Shown here: in pieces, positions 38,053 to 51,349 of the stretch | Layout of the letters: each line of letters begins with the position of its first letter | Position numbering within the stretch: the first letter of the stretch is position 1 | From: Octopus vulgaris | Lineage: Eukaryota | Direction: 5' to 3' | Length of the DNA: 64,000 bases | Assembly (NCBI GenBank): GCA_951406725.2 | Contig: OX597814.1 | Coordinates: 34,038,001 to 34,102,000, forward strand | Made by a program: the position numbers and the translations under genes | Notes under the pieces: model-generated | Told to the model about the DNA's origin: nothing | The model's input: only the letters and a program-made list of their open reading frames with translations | Databases searched by the model: none

Positions 38053-39037
38053 ACTTTGATGGTTAGCTAAATGTTGATAGTTTCTCTCCTCTAGGTTATC
38101 TAATTAGTGCTGGAGGTGACTGTAATGAAAAAAATGTAGCTAAAGTAAGGAAGGTCTGGAAGAAGTTCAGGGAGTTTATTGCCTGTTTGAAAACAAAGGG
38201 TTTATCTGTGTAAAAGGCAGACTACATGAAGCATGTGTAGCAGGTATGATTGAGCACATTTAGATTTTCTTAATGGGCATTAAATGTTGGAAATAGTGGT
38301 AATTGGATCTAAATATGGTAAACTTGATATATTGAATATTAACCTATATAAAAAGCATAGTACAAGTGATCTGAGGGCAGCTGTGCACTTAAAGTATCAG
38401 GTGATATCAGCAAGAGAAATATGATTATATTCTGATAAAGATAGATAGTAAAATTGGATGTGGTGTCAGTGAAGGGTATCCATGCAGAGGAAGTTGAAAG
38501 AAGATTTGAGAATTATCAAGGTCAGATGTCAATATGCTAAATTTCACTAATGAGATGGTATGTAATATTGACTAGATTAATGGTTACAAAGTATGAAGTC
38601 ATAGTATGTATTTCACTTAAATAAATTATGAATTTAATGATCATTAAAATAATTATTGTGTTATTATTTTCCATATATTTCATTTTTGGATTTGGTTTGC
38701 AAGATTCTTTATGTGAGTTCGTGTGTTGAAGCATATTCTGTTGTGTCTGGGGAGAGTCATTTTCTTTTTGTGCCTTATAATTTAACACACTCACCGGTAA
38801 AATTTCCACTTATTCCTTATTTTTATTTTCCTAAAATTTTCGTTGCGTCTTGCAACCTTTTCAACCAACTTTGATGGTTAGCTAAATGTTGATAGTTTCT
38901 CTCCTCTAGGTTATCTAATTAGTACTGGAGGTGACTGTAATGAAAAAAATGTAGCTAAAGTAAGGAAGATCTGGAAGAAGTTCAGGGAGTTATTGCTTGT
39001 TTGAAAATAAAGGGTTTATCTGTGTAAAAGGCAGACT
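38053..39037 (+). repeat. 170-bp direct duplication (38053-38223 / 38868-39037) of an old RTE remnant
   Basis: Near-identical copies from ACTTTGATGGTTAGC to AAGGCAGACT. Confidence 0.9.
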
Positions 39038-41099
39038 CTCTATATTTTCCATATAGTTTAGAGCATAAAAAAACCTTGTGGTATTTGTTCTGTCTCTTTG
39101 CATACTGAATTTAAATCCCATTGAAGTCAATTTTTCTTTTCATCCCTTTAAAGGTGATAAACTAAAGTATCAGTCTTGATCTGAGATCAATGTAATCAAC
39201 CATCCCTCTCTTCAAAATTGCTAGTTTTGTACCTAAACTAGAAACAAGTATTTCCCATATTGTATCTTGCAGTCTGATAGTTAGAATGAGATTGGGGCCT
39301 GTTGAAAGTGCTATGGAGCTGAGTGAAGCATTGAGTGAGAACCACTGAAAATGTAAACTGAAAATTGTAAGTTAGTGATTGGATATCAGCAATAGTTAAC
39401 TTAACCTTTTAGCATTTAAATTAGTCATATCGAGTCTAAATATACTGTTTTATATTCAAACTGCCCAGATCCAGTCTTTCACATCTGTCATTCTAAAAAT
39501 AAACAATTGCATCATTAAAATCTCAAAGTTACAAGCTAATGCAGGATTAATTCAAAACAGTATGAATATATAACTATTACTTTTGACAGTTATCTGAATG
39601 CTAAAGATTTAACAGGATATAAAGTAGATTGATTCTAGACTATTAACTTAGAAGAGTAAATAGTTTTAGACCTGGTGAAAATGGAAAAACTTAAATATGT
39701 AAGATATGTTTTGTGAAGGATATTAGCTATTATAATAATCTTGATAAATTGAGATTATAGCATTATAGGAAGAAGCTATTGACATAATATAGCTTCAATT
39801 TAGGATATTAAGTGATTATATATTACTAGTATCCTCAAATGTCTGGTATATAAAAAATTATTTATATTATGATCGAATGGAAATGCCCTAACATATATTT
39901 TGAAAATTTAGGAATACATTAATATTTTACAATTCACACCTGCTTTCAAGTTATCTTAATGAAAACTTACTCTATTGAAATTGAAAGACCTGAGTATTAT
40001 TTTGTTGTTGTCAACATATTATTACACTTTACTAGGGAGGATTAGGATTAAATTGACAAAAGAATTAGGTTATTTCTTGCAGCTAAACTTCTCGGAATTA
40101 AAGATTATAGCTTCTTCTAAATCATTGTTATTTGCTTTGTAATGTATGTCTTTATGTTCTAAGTTCAAACCCTACTACATTCAATTTTACCTTGTATCCT
40201 TCTGGATAAAATAGATACTGGTTTAGGACTGAAGATGATATAATCAATTATATTCCCCCATGAAATTTGCAACCGTTTGTGTTAAAAATCTATATCATCA
40301 TCATTATTATTATTATGAAGAAGGGGTAGTTGGCAGCATGAATATTTAGCTATTTGCTTGTGTTCCAATGTTGCCAAATTGTCTTTGCCTATTATTTCAT
40401 CAGAATTGATAAAACAATTAGTAGTCAATATTCAATGTTGCACACCAAAATGTGTGGCTGTGTACCAATGTAAGAAATCATAATTTTTACTAAGAACTAT
40501 TACATTGTGTGCATACATCAATGACTAATGTATCTGGACACATCTTCAGTGTTGTGCCTGGTATCATTGGGTGTTTCGGGTTTTTCAACACCATACATCT
40601 TCCTCCATTGAAGTAGGAGCAGAGGTTAGTTAAGAAGCTTTGCTATCTACTGTCTTGTTTTAAAATAATACCTGTAAAATACTTGGATTGGTTAAAGTAA
40701 TTATTTTAATTATCCATTTCAAAAATAACCCTTAATCCTAATAAATCATTATTTTAAGAAGAGATTTAAAATAGCGTGAAAATATTTACTTCAGTATTCT
40801 TATGTTGTTTTCTTTAAATGAACATTTGCTTATGTCTGTGAAAGAGAAAAAGAAGCAGAGAACTTTATTTACTATTCATCAACTTTCTTTTTCTTACTTT
40901 CTATTTTCATAATAATTAAGCTTGATTTCTTTCACCAATTAATGAGTCAACAGATAAAGCTTTTAGCAAATACTTTTCTGTCACTTAACAGCTTAAATGT
41001 TTAACTTTGGATGAGTTTTCCCTGAAATAAGAACACCCATTCTGTATGTTTTATATATATATATATTTTTTTTTTTTAATTCTTCTTGAGAACAGAGGA

Positions 41100-43000
41100 C
41101 TGACTATTCTATGACATACAAAAAAGATTAAAGTGTTATTTTAAGATTATGAAAAAATTCTTCTCCTCATCCCAAGTGTACAAATAAAAAAAAATCTGAA
41201 TTGAACAGACATGAACTCCACAGACATCCTATCTGAGGATGTAGTAATTCTGAATAAAAACTGATACAGGATGAAAGGGATTCTTTAGATTGTTGCAGAC
41301 AAGCTCTCTAGTTCCATGGGGCATGATGAAATGTACCTTTTCGATACTGTAATGTGTTGTTGATAGAAAGACATTGACAACAATGAAGATTAGTAGCTTT
41401 TCTCTGTTTGTGTTGGTGTTAAACGACATGTGATGGGATGATGTGAGACTCATCCAAGTGTTGAATAAGCAGAAAATGTTTACTTTGAAGCAGCTAGAAT
41501 CATATGGAACTACTTGGTGTTGGGATGAATTAATGTAGCACAGAACCATAGCATATATTACAAAGGAGTCCTAAATTAAAAATATACATAAATACATAAA
41601 TCTTTTATTTGCAGAGTAAAGTACAATTTAAAGTTGCATAATTAACACAAACAGATGTGTTGATGGTACTGTAAATGTCTATTTCACACAGAAGTTAATT
41701 TCACTGGAATTGTTCAATCTGTTTAGAGTCATGGTGCTCTTTAGTTCTTTTTTAATAATTTTTTTTAGCTTGGAAACGAATATTATCTACTGCAGTTGGG
41801 TGACAAATAGATGTATAAGGCATTAACTATGTTTATAAAACAAGACTCCAATGAAATGCCCGTTACCGTGTTTAATGCAATATCATTTTATGCAGTTTTG
41901 CAAACTGCACAGCTCCTTCACTAAAACTTTCTTCAAGATCTTACAGATCCATGATTTGCATATTTGTGTTCAAATCTGCTGGAAATCATCATTTCCATTC
42001 TTGCTGTTCACTGTGCAAACAATGATTTATTACATCCAGATTTAATTTCACAAGATTTGATGACCTCTTTACAATTCTCTTTAGGGAGAAATAACTTGAA
42101 CTGATAAATTGATCCAAGTATACTAATTCACCTTTTGATAAGCTTTCTGGTATTTTGGTACAACAGAAAGTGATCCATCAATAATGGATGGAAATGTTTG
42201 GCTTTTAAACTTCTAATAAAGCATCTGAGATTTAACAAGTGGATAAAAATACTGGATCCCCTAAAAAAAAAACCATTATGTGAATTCATTGTATTTTCTT
42301 CAAGATTGTTGTTGATAATCTTTATATTCAATCAGTTCCTTGCTTATTTGCTCAGTGTCTGAAAAAAAAAAAGACTGCAATACTTGAAAATATCCATGTG
42401 GTGACTCACACAGTGCATGAGCTGTGATCAAATCTTGGCCAGAAGATTGCTAAGAACCCAGTATTTTGGAAACATTATAATACTTGACCTCACAATTTGA
42501 TCATTATTCCTGTTTCTAACTTCATGACTGAAAAGTTGACTATGAGCCTATTTTTGACACTCTCTTTTCTGATCAATATTATTTAAAAAGCAATCCAAAA
42601 CTTATTGCAGAAAAACTGTGTAAAAAGTCCTATAGTTGCATTAGCTGATCACCTGTTATATAACATTCTTCTCACAATAGGAAAATGAGCACTACCCTCA
42701 GATAATACTGTGAAAAGGAGACCCCCTGATAAGTGGAAATATAAGCAGTGTGTACCAATCAAAAGAAAATTAATCTTTCTTGACAATATGCATCAGTGCA
42801 TTTTTCAACTAAATTTAATGAATAGAATGTAATCTGTAAATTTATTCAACATTTAAATTTATGCTTATTGGGTATTATTCTTGTTATTCATGTTTGCAGT
42901 TATTGTCATCACTTTCCCCCATGGTAGCCGTTTATATCAATACTGTTTTCTTTTAAAATTTAAGTAAAGTTTTAGCCAGCTGGTCAGCACAAGGACTTTC
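41100..43000 (-). mobile_element. Possible ancient L1/Tx1-like ORF2 remnant
   Basis: Weak motifs only (DLEESFSE.., IVVNVFLS..). Confidence 0.25.
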
Positions 43001-45135
43001 CTTATTAAAGATTTTCACTTCTCTTTTAACTGCCTAAACAGCAAAACATAGAACACAAAAGTAGGATAAAAAAAAAAAGAAAGTACTAAAACGTTTACTT
43101 GTAAATTTATCTGAATTAAATATCCAAGTGAGATAAAAGTTCAGAAAAAAGTTCTAACATTGGAAAACTTTAGTGTACACAATGTCGATACCTTCTGTCA
43201 AAATTGTCACTAAACTAGCTGCAGCCTGTGTTGTTCTTGATGGTGCAACGTATCATCGTCTATGTCCATATTAGTCATAAGGAAACAGACATATTTTACT
43301 CATTGACTGACAATTAAATTTATTGTTTTTTTTTATCAATGCAACAGCCACTTGAACTCTATAATTAGGAAAGAGTGAATGGCAGAGTGACAGGTCTCAT
43401 TTTAATTCTTGGTATAACGATGTGTTCATATCAACAAGTCATTGGAATTCTTGATCCATTGTGAGGCTTTATTAACTATTTAATTGCAATATTATATATA
43501 TATTTTTTTCAATTATGTTTGTCCACTGAGGGGATTTTTGAATTGCCTTCTCTTCCTTTATCCCATTTCTACTTTTTCCCCTTTGTTTATTTTTTCCCCT
43601 TTTTTTTGTTGTTATCTCTGTCTCTTTCCTGTCATTGTTTCCTTTCCAATTGTTCTTTCTTTATCCATAATGTAGGAGTTATCTGCTCTATATGCTAGGG
43701 TCATAAGTGCTATAAGCAAAAAGTTACCTTAAAACAGAAAAAATAATATTCATACAAAAGAAATTTTCTCCAGAAAGAAGAAAAGTATTATCCATAAAGA
43801 AAAAATAAGTTTCAGTACTGACAGAATATCATATATGGTATATGAATGTTGCAGTTTTACAAAAGGCAAATTTCTCCTCTACACACTGTGTAAGCACAAT
43901 AAAATAAAATGGAAGTATCATTCTATAAAGGAAGTATCAAAGTAAATCACTTGATTTCTCAGAATCCTCTCCAAACATGCACACTCTCTATTGAAAAAGA
44001 TGTCATGGGTGAACTGAGCTCGAATTATTCTTTGAAAGTCAAGGTCAAACTGTCAGATATGCACAATGTTATTTTATTGATATAGATTTGATTTTGTGAT
44101 CTAATGTTGAAATCATCATGATCACTTAGTGTCCATTTTCCATGCTGGCATGGGTTAGACAGTTAACTGGAACAGGTAAACTAGAGAGCTGCACCAGACT
44201 CCACTCCGTTTTGGCTGGATGCTCTTCCTAATGCCAACAACTCCATAGAATGTACTTGGTGTCTTTTCTGTGTCACTGACACAGGTGCCTTTTATGTGTC
44301 ACTAGCATGGTTACCTCAAATCTGTCACTGGCACAGGTATCTTCGACATGTCACCAGCACAAGTGCCTTTCATGTGTCATTGGCACTGGCCATAACTATG
44401 ACTACACTAAGCTTGATGTGTCTTCTCAAGCACAGCAAATCACCAAAAGTCTCGGTCACTTGTCATCACCTCCCTGAGAGAATGTGATGATATTATATAT
44501 ACACATTGCACACATGCATTATATATATATATGGTAGGTTTTCTACCTGGCTGGCTCCTGTCAACCATCCTACCCATGTATGCATGGAAGATGGATGTTA
44601 AATAATGATGATGATGAGGATAATGATATATATCATCATCATCGTTTAGCGTCCGTTTTCCATGCTAGCATGGGTTGGACGGTTCAACTGGGGTCTGTGA
44701 AGCCAGAAGGCTTCATCAGGCCCAGTCAGATCTGGCAGTGTTTCTACGGCTGGATGCCCTTCCTAACGCCAACCACTCCGTGAGTATAGTGGGTGCTTTT
44801 TACATGCCACCCGCACAGGTGCCAGACAGAGCTGATACTAAGATTAGAATCTACATACTGGATGCTTCTTGATTTATTGAGTAAAAGTGTATAACAAAGA
44901 TTTTGCACTAAGGATAATCTCTCTAGATGATTAGTTTGTATTAAAAGAGAAAGAAACACTTTGATAGAATACAGTGGCAAGAATTAGTTTTAGAAATAAG
45001 TTTTACTAATAATAATTTAGGAAATAATTTAGTCAACAAAAGTTATGAAATAGCCTTGCAATAAAACAAGATGGATTTTCATTTTATAGAAAAGTATTTG
45101 TGTGAATTAATTTGTTTATCTTTCTGCCATTTCAG

Positions 45136-45440
45136 ATGTTGATGGCTGTAGCTATGAAGAAGATCTTGTGTCACATATCAATTCCATCACAGATTCAAAC
45201 AATCATTTGATGACAAAATATAAGTGGTGCCTTAACTATCAAGAAGCAGCTGTTTATCTCCAAGAAGGTGAAAATAATGATAAATATGATACCCATCCTT
45301 CAAATTACGATGCCCTACCAGCCTATCAAGTTGCACACAACTACTGGTTTCATATACTTGACCTTTTTGCTTCAATTCTGCTCCTTTCATTGGCCCTCTG
45401 CGAAAGCCCTGCAGTAACTAACATGGCATTGCCTGTTGGG
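45136..45440 (+). CDS. TPCN1: TPC1 coding exon 2
   Basis: tttcag| ..WCLNYQEAAVYLQEGENNDKYDTHP..ALPAYQVAHNYWF..LLLSLALCESPAV..PVG |gtgggt; matches the TPC1 signature NYQEAAIYLQEGENNDKF; phase 1 to 0. Confidence 0.95.
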
Positions 45441-47821
45441 GTGGGTAACATTGTTTTTTTTTACCACTTTTACTTTGTCCATTCATTACAATAAAGTGTA
45501 ATTATTTGATATTTTATGTGTAGACACACACACACACACACAAATGTTTCTTCATATCAGTTATATGCATTTAATTGTTTCAGTATCAAATGTATGATTA
45601 TTTAAGCAAATATTTCTTGTTCATTACATAGGCAGTGGAGGAAGGGCAGCATCTGTTATTTTTTTTGCAAGGCCTCTGGGCTGGTAGGTAAGGGATAAAG
45701 GGAAGAGAAAAAAAACATAAGTAATGGCTCATCTTTAGGCTGGTGACCTTGTCCAAATCCTTGCAACACAGAGTGGATTCTGCTAAAAGTAGCCAATGGC
45801 CAGATGATGGTGTTAAACCTGATAACAGACTGGGTCTAACAGCTAAAAGCTGACACAGTTCATCAAATAGGATTCTGCACAGTTTCTGTCACTTAATTTT
45901 ATACAAAATGCTTGGACTAACCTGAGGTTATGATAGAAAATAATGACTCAAGGTACCAGATTATGGGTTTGACTCAGAATCAAATGGGTGTGAGAAATGA
46001 ACTTCATTCTTGCATGCACCCAACTATCTGCATGTCTTAAATATTACTTAATCATTACAATCTCCAGTTTGTTGTGAAAGTCTTATTGTTATATATCATA
46101 AACTATGAATATCAACTGAAAACAAGGTGATGTCATATTTGTTAGAGAGTTTTTATTGGAACAATACTTTTAAAGTTAACCAGTCACCCATAAAATCAGA
46201 ATGGAACCCTATTAATTTTTTAATTTGTCTGGCAAATAGATGTGGATTCAGTTATCTATTCTGCTTATGTGTACAGTACAATGGGTGAATTAAGATTTTA
46301 ATTTATGACCATTTAGTCAGTAGTTGTACTGTGTTTGGTCAGTAGTTGTACTCCTATGATATTAATTGTAACACACACACATGCTCTCTTTCTCTCTGTG
46401 CTTCTCAGTTATATGTTATAACATATATTATGACATTATGTTGTGTCCCTGATTAGGTTAAATGCCTTTATATTTTTAGATTTGTCCATCCACATTTTGA
46501 ATTCAAATTAGACAGGTATTGCCCTTGATTATTATCTCTTCACAGTCAATAAACTTTCACCAGGCATGTAATGAAGTTGATTTGATTGAATGCAGCCATT
46601 TCCTGCGTTTTTGTGGTCTTGTTTCCATGTGAGAAAGTTTATTCTGTAAAAAATCATGGAGTCAACAATATTTAAGTAGATAAGTAGATTCATATTATGT
46701 TGTTGATGCTGTCCTACTTTAGGTAAAGTATAGAATTCCTACCTTGCTGGCTCACAATCAAGACCAGTGAAATAATAGTGTACACATAAATTACTTGAAC
46801 TAATCAGAAATTAACATGTAATTTGAACAGCATGAAGCTGAAATTAAATTTTTACTTTCCATCTATTAAAAAAATCTGGTAACTGATGCAAAATATTTAT
46901 ATATCAAGAAGCATCTATTTATTTGACCAACAAGAATTAGTTGCCAAATCTCTCCAAATCAGAGTTTACTATCTTAAAAAATAAAGGACGCACTGAATAT
47001 ATTATGTCAGAAATAAAAATGATGACATGTTTACAGATGGAGTGCTAGTGAAATTATTAAAACTTACCACAGAAAACAAATAGACCAACATGCAGGTCAA
47101 TATCAACATGAGACAAATTCAGGAGTCATAATTCTGCTTAAAGTAGATTACAAAAATACTAAAATGAGTATGACCCCCATCCAGCACAAAAACCACACAT
47201 ATACAGACAAAACAAACTAAAAAAAATCCACTTAAACAATCCCTGAAACTTAACACAAAAACCTGAAGTGCTGATATTATCTTCCTCCTGCAATACAATA
47301 GGAAACTAAGAAACTTCATAATCACATGTTCCTATAAAAGACCTCAGCTACAGCACTGTTATTACTTCACACAGTTCTATTATAATACAAAAGTAACCAA
47401 TATAAGCACATTCAAGTACAAAATATAATGTAACAATCAAGATACAAAAGTAACAAGAATATAAAAACAAACTAAATTTATTACCACACAATATTAAGGA
47501 TTTTTATGGAACTAAAAAAAAAACAAAAACAAACAATCATCACACTTTGATAATAATAATTTGTGGTTTGGTATTGCAGCATTGTTTCTTGTAATTACAG
47601 TGGTGGTTGTGTGGTTAAAAAGTTCCTTTTGTAACTATGTGATTCTGGTTCTGATCCCACTGTGCACCACCTTGGACAATTGTTTTTGTACCATTGTCTC
47701 AGGTCATTCAATACTTTGTAAGTGAAATTGGTTGAAGCTGTTTGAAATCTGTTGTACATATTACATATGTTATACATACTACCTTGTCATACTTGTGACA
47801 ACTGTATGATATATATATATA

Positions 47822-47859
<38 letters not shown>

Positions 47860-47959
47860 GAGAAAGTGTATATACATATATATATATATATATATATGTA
47901 TATACACTTTCTCCAAATATCAATAAAAGCCCAAAATAGTGGTTTATTCTAAGCCAAGT

Positions 47960-48860
47960 ATTCCTCCTGCAGTTGCTTCACTAGGAAGATTGTACAAAGC
48001 CAAACTGCATCTCATCTAGATTTACACCGACACAAATGAATTGTTTGATATCTCTATAGTTACTTCTCTCTAAAGCATCTTTTTTGCTTTTGTAGCAGTT
48101 TAAAATGATACTGCTTTTCCAGTCATTATGTATGACACCTTTCTGTATAACTTGATTAACTACCCAGGTGGTGTTCATGCATTGAACCTCACTAGATATT
48201 TTGAGCATCTCTGTAATTATCTCTAATGGCCCACAGCTTTCCTTCTCTTCAGTTCCTTAATCACTTTATCTACTGTCAACTTGAGTTGCTGGTCCGCCTG
48301 TAGGCAGCTGAAGTAGACCATCTTTATCCCATGCATTCTCCACACTCAGCAGCCTCTCATAACACTTTCACATCATTTTCTTGTCTTCCATAGCTATGGT
48401 GAGTATGCCTTCATTATTCCAAATACACTTCTCACCAATGATGTCTTAGTTCTCTCTCACAAACTATCTCACAATCCTGAACCCCTCATGCCTCTGGTTC
48501 TCACATTGTAGGACATGGGCAAATCTCTTCCTTTCTGTCTCACCCTTGGCCATCTAGAGCTGCTTTTCTAGCCCTTTGATAATGCTTCCTGTTATTACCT
48601 TCCTTCCAGGTTTTCTAAGCTTGTCTTTTATTTTTTACTGCTCAGTCAACTGTGTCGTTCCACCACTACGTTTCCTTTGGTTTGGTTCTGGCTTTGTCTC
48701 AGTTATGTGTCTAACCTGTGGCACTAAACAGGTTATTCCATAGAAATTTCCAGTTGTCATCTATGCTACTAGTATCAAGATCTTTCTCTCTATTATCATA
48801 CATGTCAATTGGTACTGCTTTAAACCTATTAATAACTGCAAGGGCTTTTAGTTTCTGTAT
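47960..48860 (-). mobile_element. RTE LINE internal fragment (EN-RT linker and RT start)
   Basis: DWKSSIILNCYKSKKDALERSNYRDIK..DEMQFGF; KPKETWW-like motif near 48665. Confidence 0.75.
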
Positions 48861-49574
48861 CATTCTCCTTTGTGTATAGTTTTTATTGATATATATTGGC
48901 AGAAGATGTAAACATCAGCAAGAAAAACAAGAAAACAATTGATTTTCAATTAAGAGCTTTTACAGTATTTGTTCTGCATCATGTTACAGACACTCCTTTA
49001 TTACTCCTGCTGCCAGAAATGTAGTGAAGCAGTTGCATATTGGAAACCTGTACCCATTAATGCTGTTATTCATCAATTACAACCTAAAGAAAATATTGAC
49101 ATAAATAAACAACCCCTTTTATAATTCCTGAGTTCTTAATTATACTCTAAGAAAGTTAGACATTCCAAACTACAGTGGAGACCTTATAGCATATTTAGTT
49201 ATATTTATTTATTCAATAAATTCAAATCTAACTGGCTGAACTTTTACTTTTATACTTCTGGGGTTAATGAAATAAATATCAAGTACTGGGAATTGATTTA
49301 ATTAATTATACCCTGCTCTCTGCTACAGAGGGAATGTAGTTAATTAAATCAATCCCCAATACTTGATGTAATCTATATTTGTAATATAGTGAGCATCATG
49401 TTTCTAACTTAGACTCTGTGGGGACATTGTATTCACAAATATGTCACCATTCTGAATAAGCAATTGATAGCTGGCTGAAAGTAACTGGCACAGTTTCTTT
49501 CAAAATATAATAGAAATAATAATAGAATATCTATATTTAATAAATCTAATATTCTGTTTAAATCTCAATTTCAG

Positions 49575-49688
49575 GTTCATAGCTCTCTTGAGCTCTTTTG
49601 TTTATTAATTTTAGCACTGATTCTTGGAATTCGGTTGAAATGGTTAAAATTTAGAACATTTTTCAAACATAAACGAACAGTATTAAAG
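49575..49688 (+). CDS. TPCN1: TPC1 coding exon 3
   Basis: tttcag| VHSSLELFCLLILALILGIRLKWLKFRTFFKHKRTVLK |gttagt; 114 nt, phase 0 to 0. Confidence 0.95.
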
Positions 49689-49694
49689 GTTAGT

Positions 49695-49735
<41 letters not shown>

Positions 49736-49928
49736 GTGTGTTAAAATCAATTTTTCTTTATTTCTCACCTTACCACAGTGATGAAAAATATTTTTTTGAA
49801 CTAATTAAACAAATTTTTTTTTCTATTAACTTGGTTGAAAAACAAAAACAGATTTATGGTTATTCCTAGGTACAAATTAGAACTTTTGTCCAATTTTGCT
49901 GAACAAATTGAGACATTATCATTATAAT

Positions 49929-50820
49929 AGGTGCAGGAGTGGCTGTGGTAAGTAGTTTGTTTACCAACCACATGGTTCCAAGTTCAGTCTCACCACATGA
50001 CACCTTGGGCAAATGTCTTCTACTATAGTCTCAGGCCGACCAAAGCCTTGTGAGTGGATTTGGTAGATGGAAACTGAAAGAAGCCCGTCATATATATAAC
50101 TTATAAAACAAGGGCAAAAGAAAAAAATTCTAATGCCAAATATGCTGAAAATAGACAAATTGTCAATAACCATTATAATTTATCACTATTAACATGTCTC
50201 GAAACTAGCCGACAGAAATTTCTAAAAAATTCCGTTATTACCATATTGGTCCCAATTTCAGAGTTAATTCATAAGAATTTTCTTTTCGTTGCATGTTAAT
50301 AGTGATAAATTATAATGGTTATTGACAATTTGTCTATTTTCGGCATATTTGTCAATTGAATTTTTTTCTTTTGTCCTTGTTTTATAAGTTATTTATAAAT
50401 TTAACCTTTAAAGGTATTTTTTAATATGCTGGCCATTGATAAAATTTTTTTCAAAAAATGTTATCCTATCTTAGATGTGAATTTGATAGTGTTCACTTCC
50501 GGACTCTCTCACTCTGTGAAAGTTTCTAGTTCGAATCGCATGTGTCTCGAGATATGCTGAACATTTTTTATTTTGGATATATTTGGGGTACTTAGGTCTG
50601 CTCATGACTTAGTGCTTGCTTTTTCCATGGGTATGAGTAAGTATTTCATTTATGTCTTATGTATTTATCGCTGATGAGGAGAAAATTCTTATGAATTAAC
50701 TCTGAAATTGGGACCAATACGGTAATAACAGAATGTTTTAGAAATTTCTGTTGGCTAGTTTCGAGACGCATGTACTCCAGCATGGCCAGAGTCAAATGGC
50801 TAAAACAAGTAAAAGAATAT
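49929..50820 (+). mobile_element. Family A SINE whose middle is replaced by an inverted-repeat hammerhead element (50096-50772)
   Basis: SINE head 49929-50090 and tail 50773-50820; the insert has arms A' 50096-50196 / A 50292-50392 and B' 50197-50283 / B 50680-50766. Confidence 0.8.
50665..50725 (+). ncRNA. Type I hammerhead ribozyme with intact core, sense strand of TPC1 intron 3
   Basis: TTATCG-CTGATGA-GGAG aaaattcttatgaattaa CTCT-GAA-ATTG ggac CAAT-A-CGGTAA. All three helices pair; predicted cleavage after AUA at 50719. Confidence 0.8.
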
Positions 50821-51349
50821 AGTTTATTATTTTAAATAATTTAACTAACAACAGTAGCTCTTTCAGGATGTCAACTGTTATATCTATATTATAGATAAGT
50901 AATGTAACTTTATTGTTTCAGCATCCAGTGGCTGGACTATTTATAATGGCGGTGCCCCAGCATGGCCACAGCTTGTGAGCTGAAACTAAATAAAAAAATT
51001 TTTAAAAATAAGGCCATATTTCTGTGGTACAGAATTTGTATTAAAAATGGGTTGTGTGTTGTGAGGATAGGTGAGAAGTATGTTAGATCATTGTATGTGA
51101 AGCTGAAGAAAATAGAAGGTGGCAAGACGGTATAAAGTTAGAGGGATTAAGAAACTAGAAGTGGTTAATACTCACATGCATGCAGATATGCACCAATTAT
51201 CACTTAATATAGAAGATAATGTGTGAAGGAGGAGATAGTTCAGGAAAGGAAAAACGAGTTTCAAGTGGGGAAGTTTTGAAAAAAAAAAATGTGGGGAAGG
51301 TAGGAGGAGAAAGATACCAGAGTGAATCAACTGATTAGAAAGTACGTGG

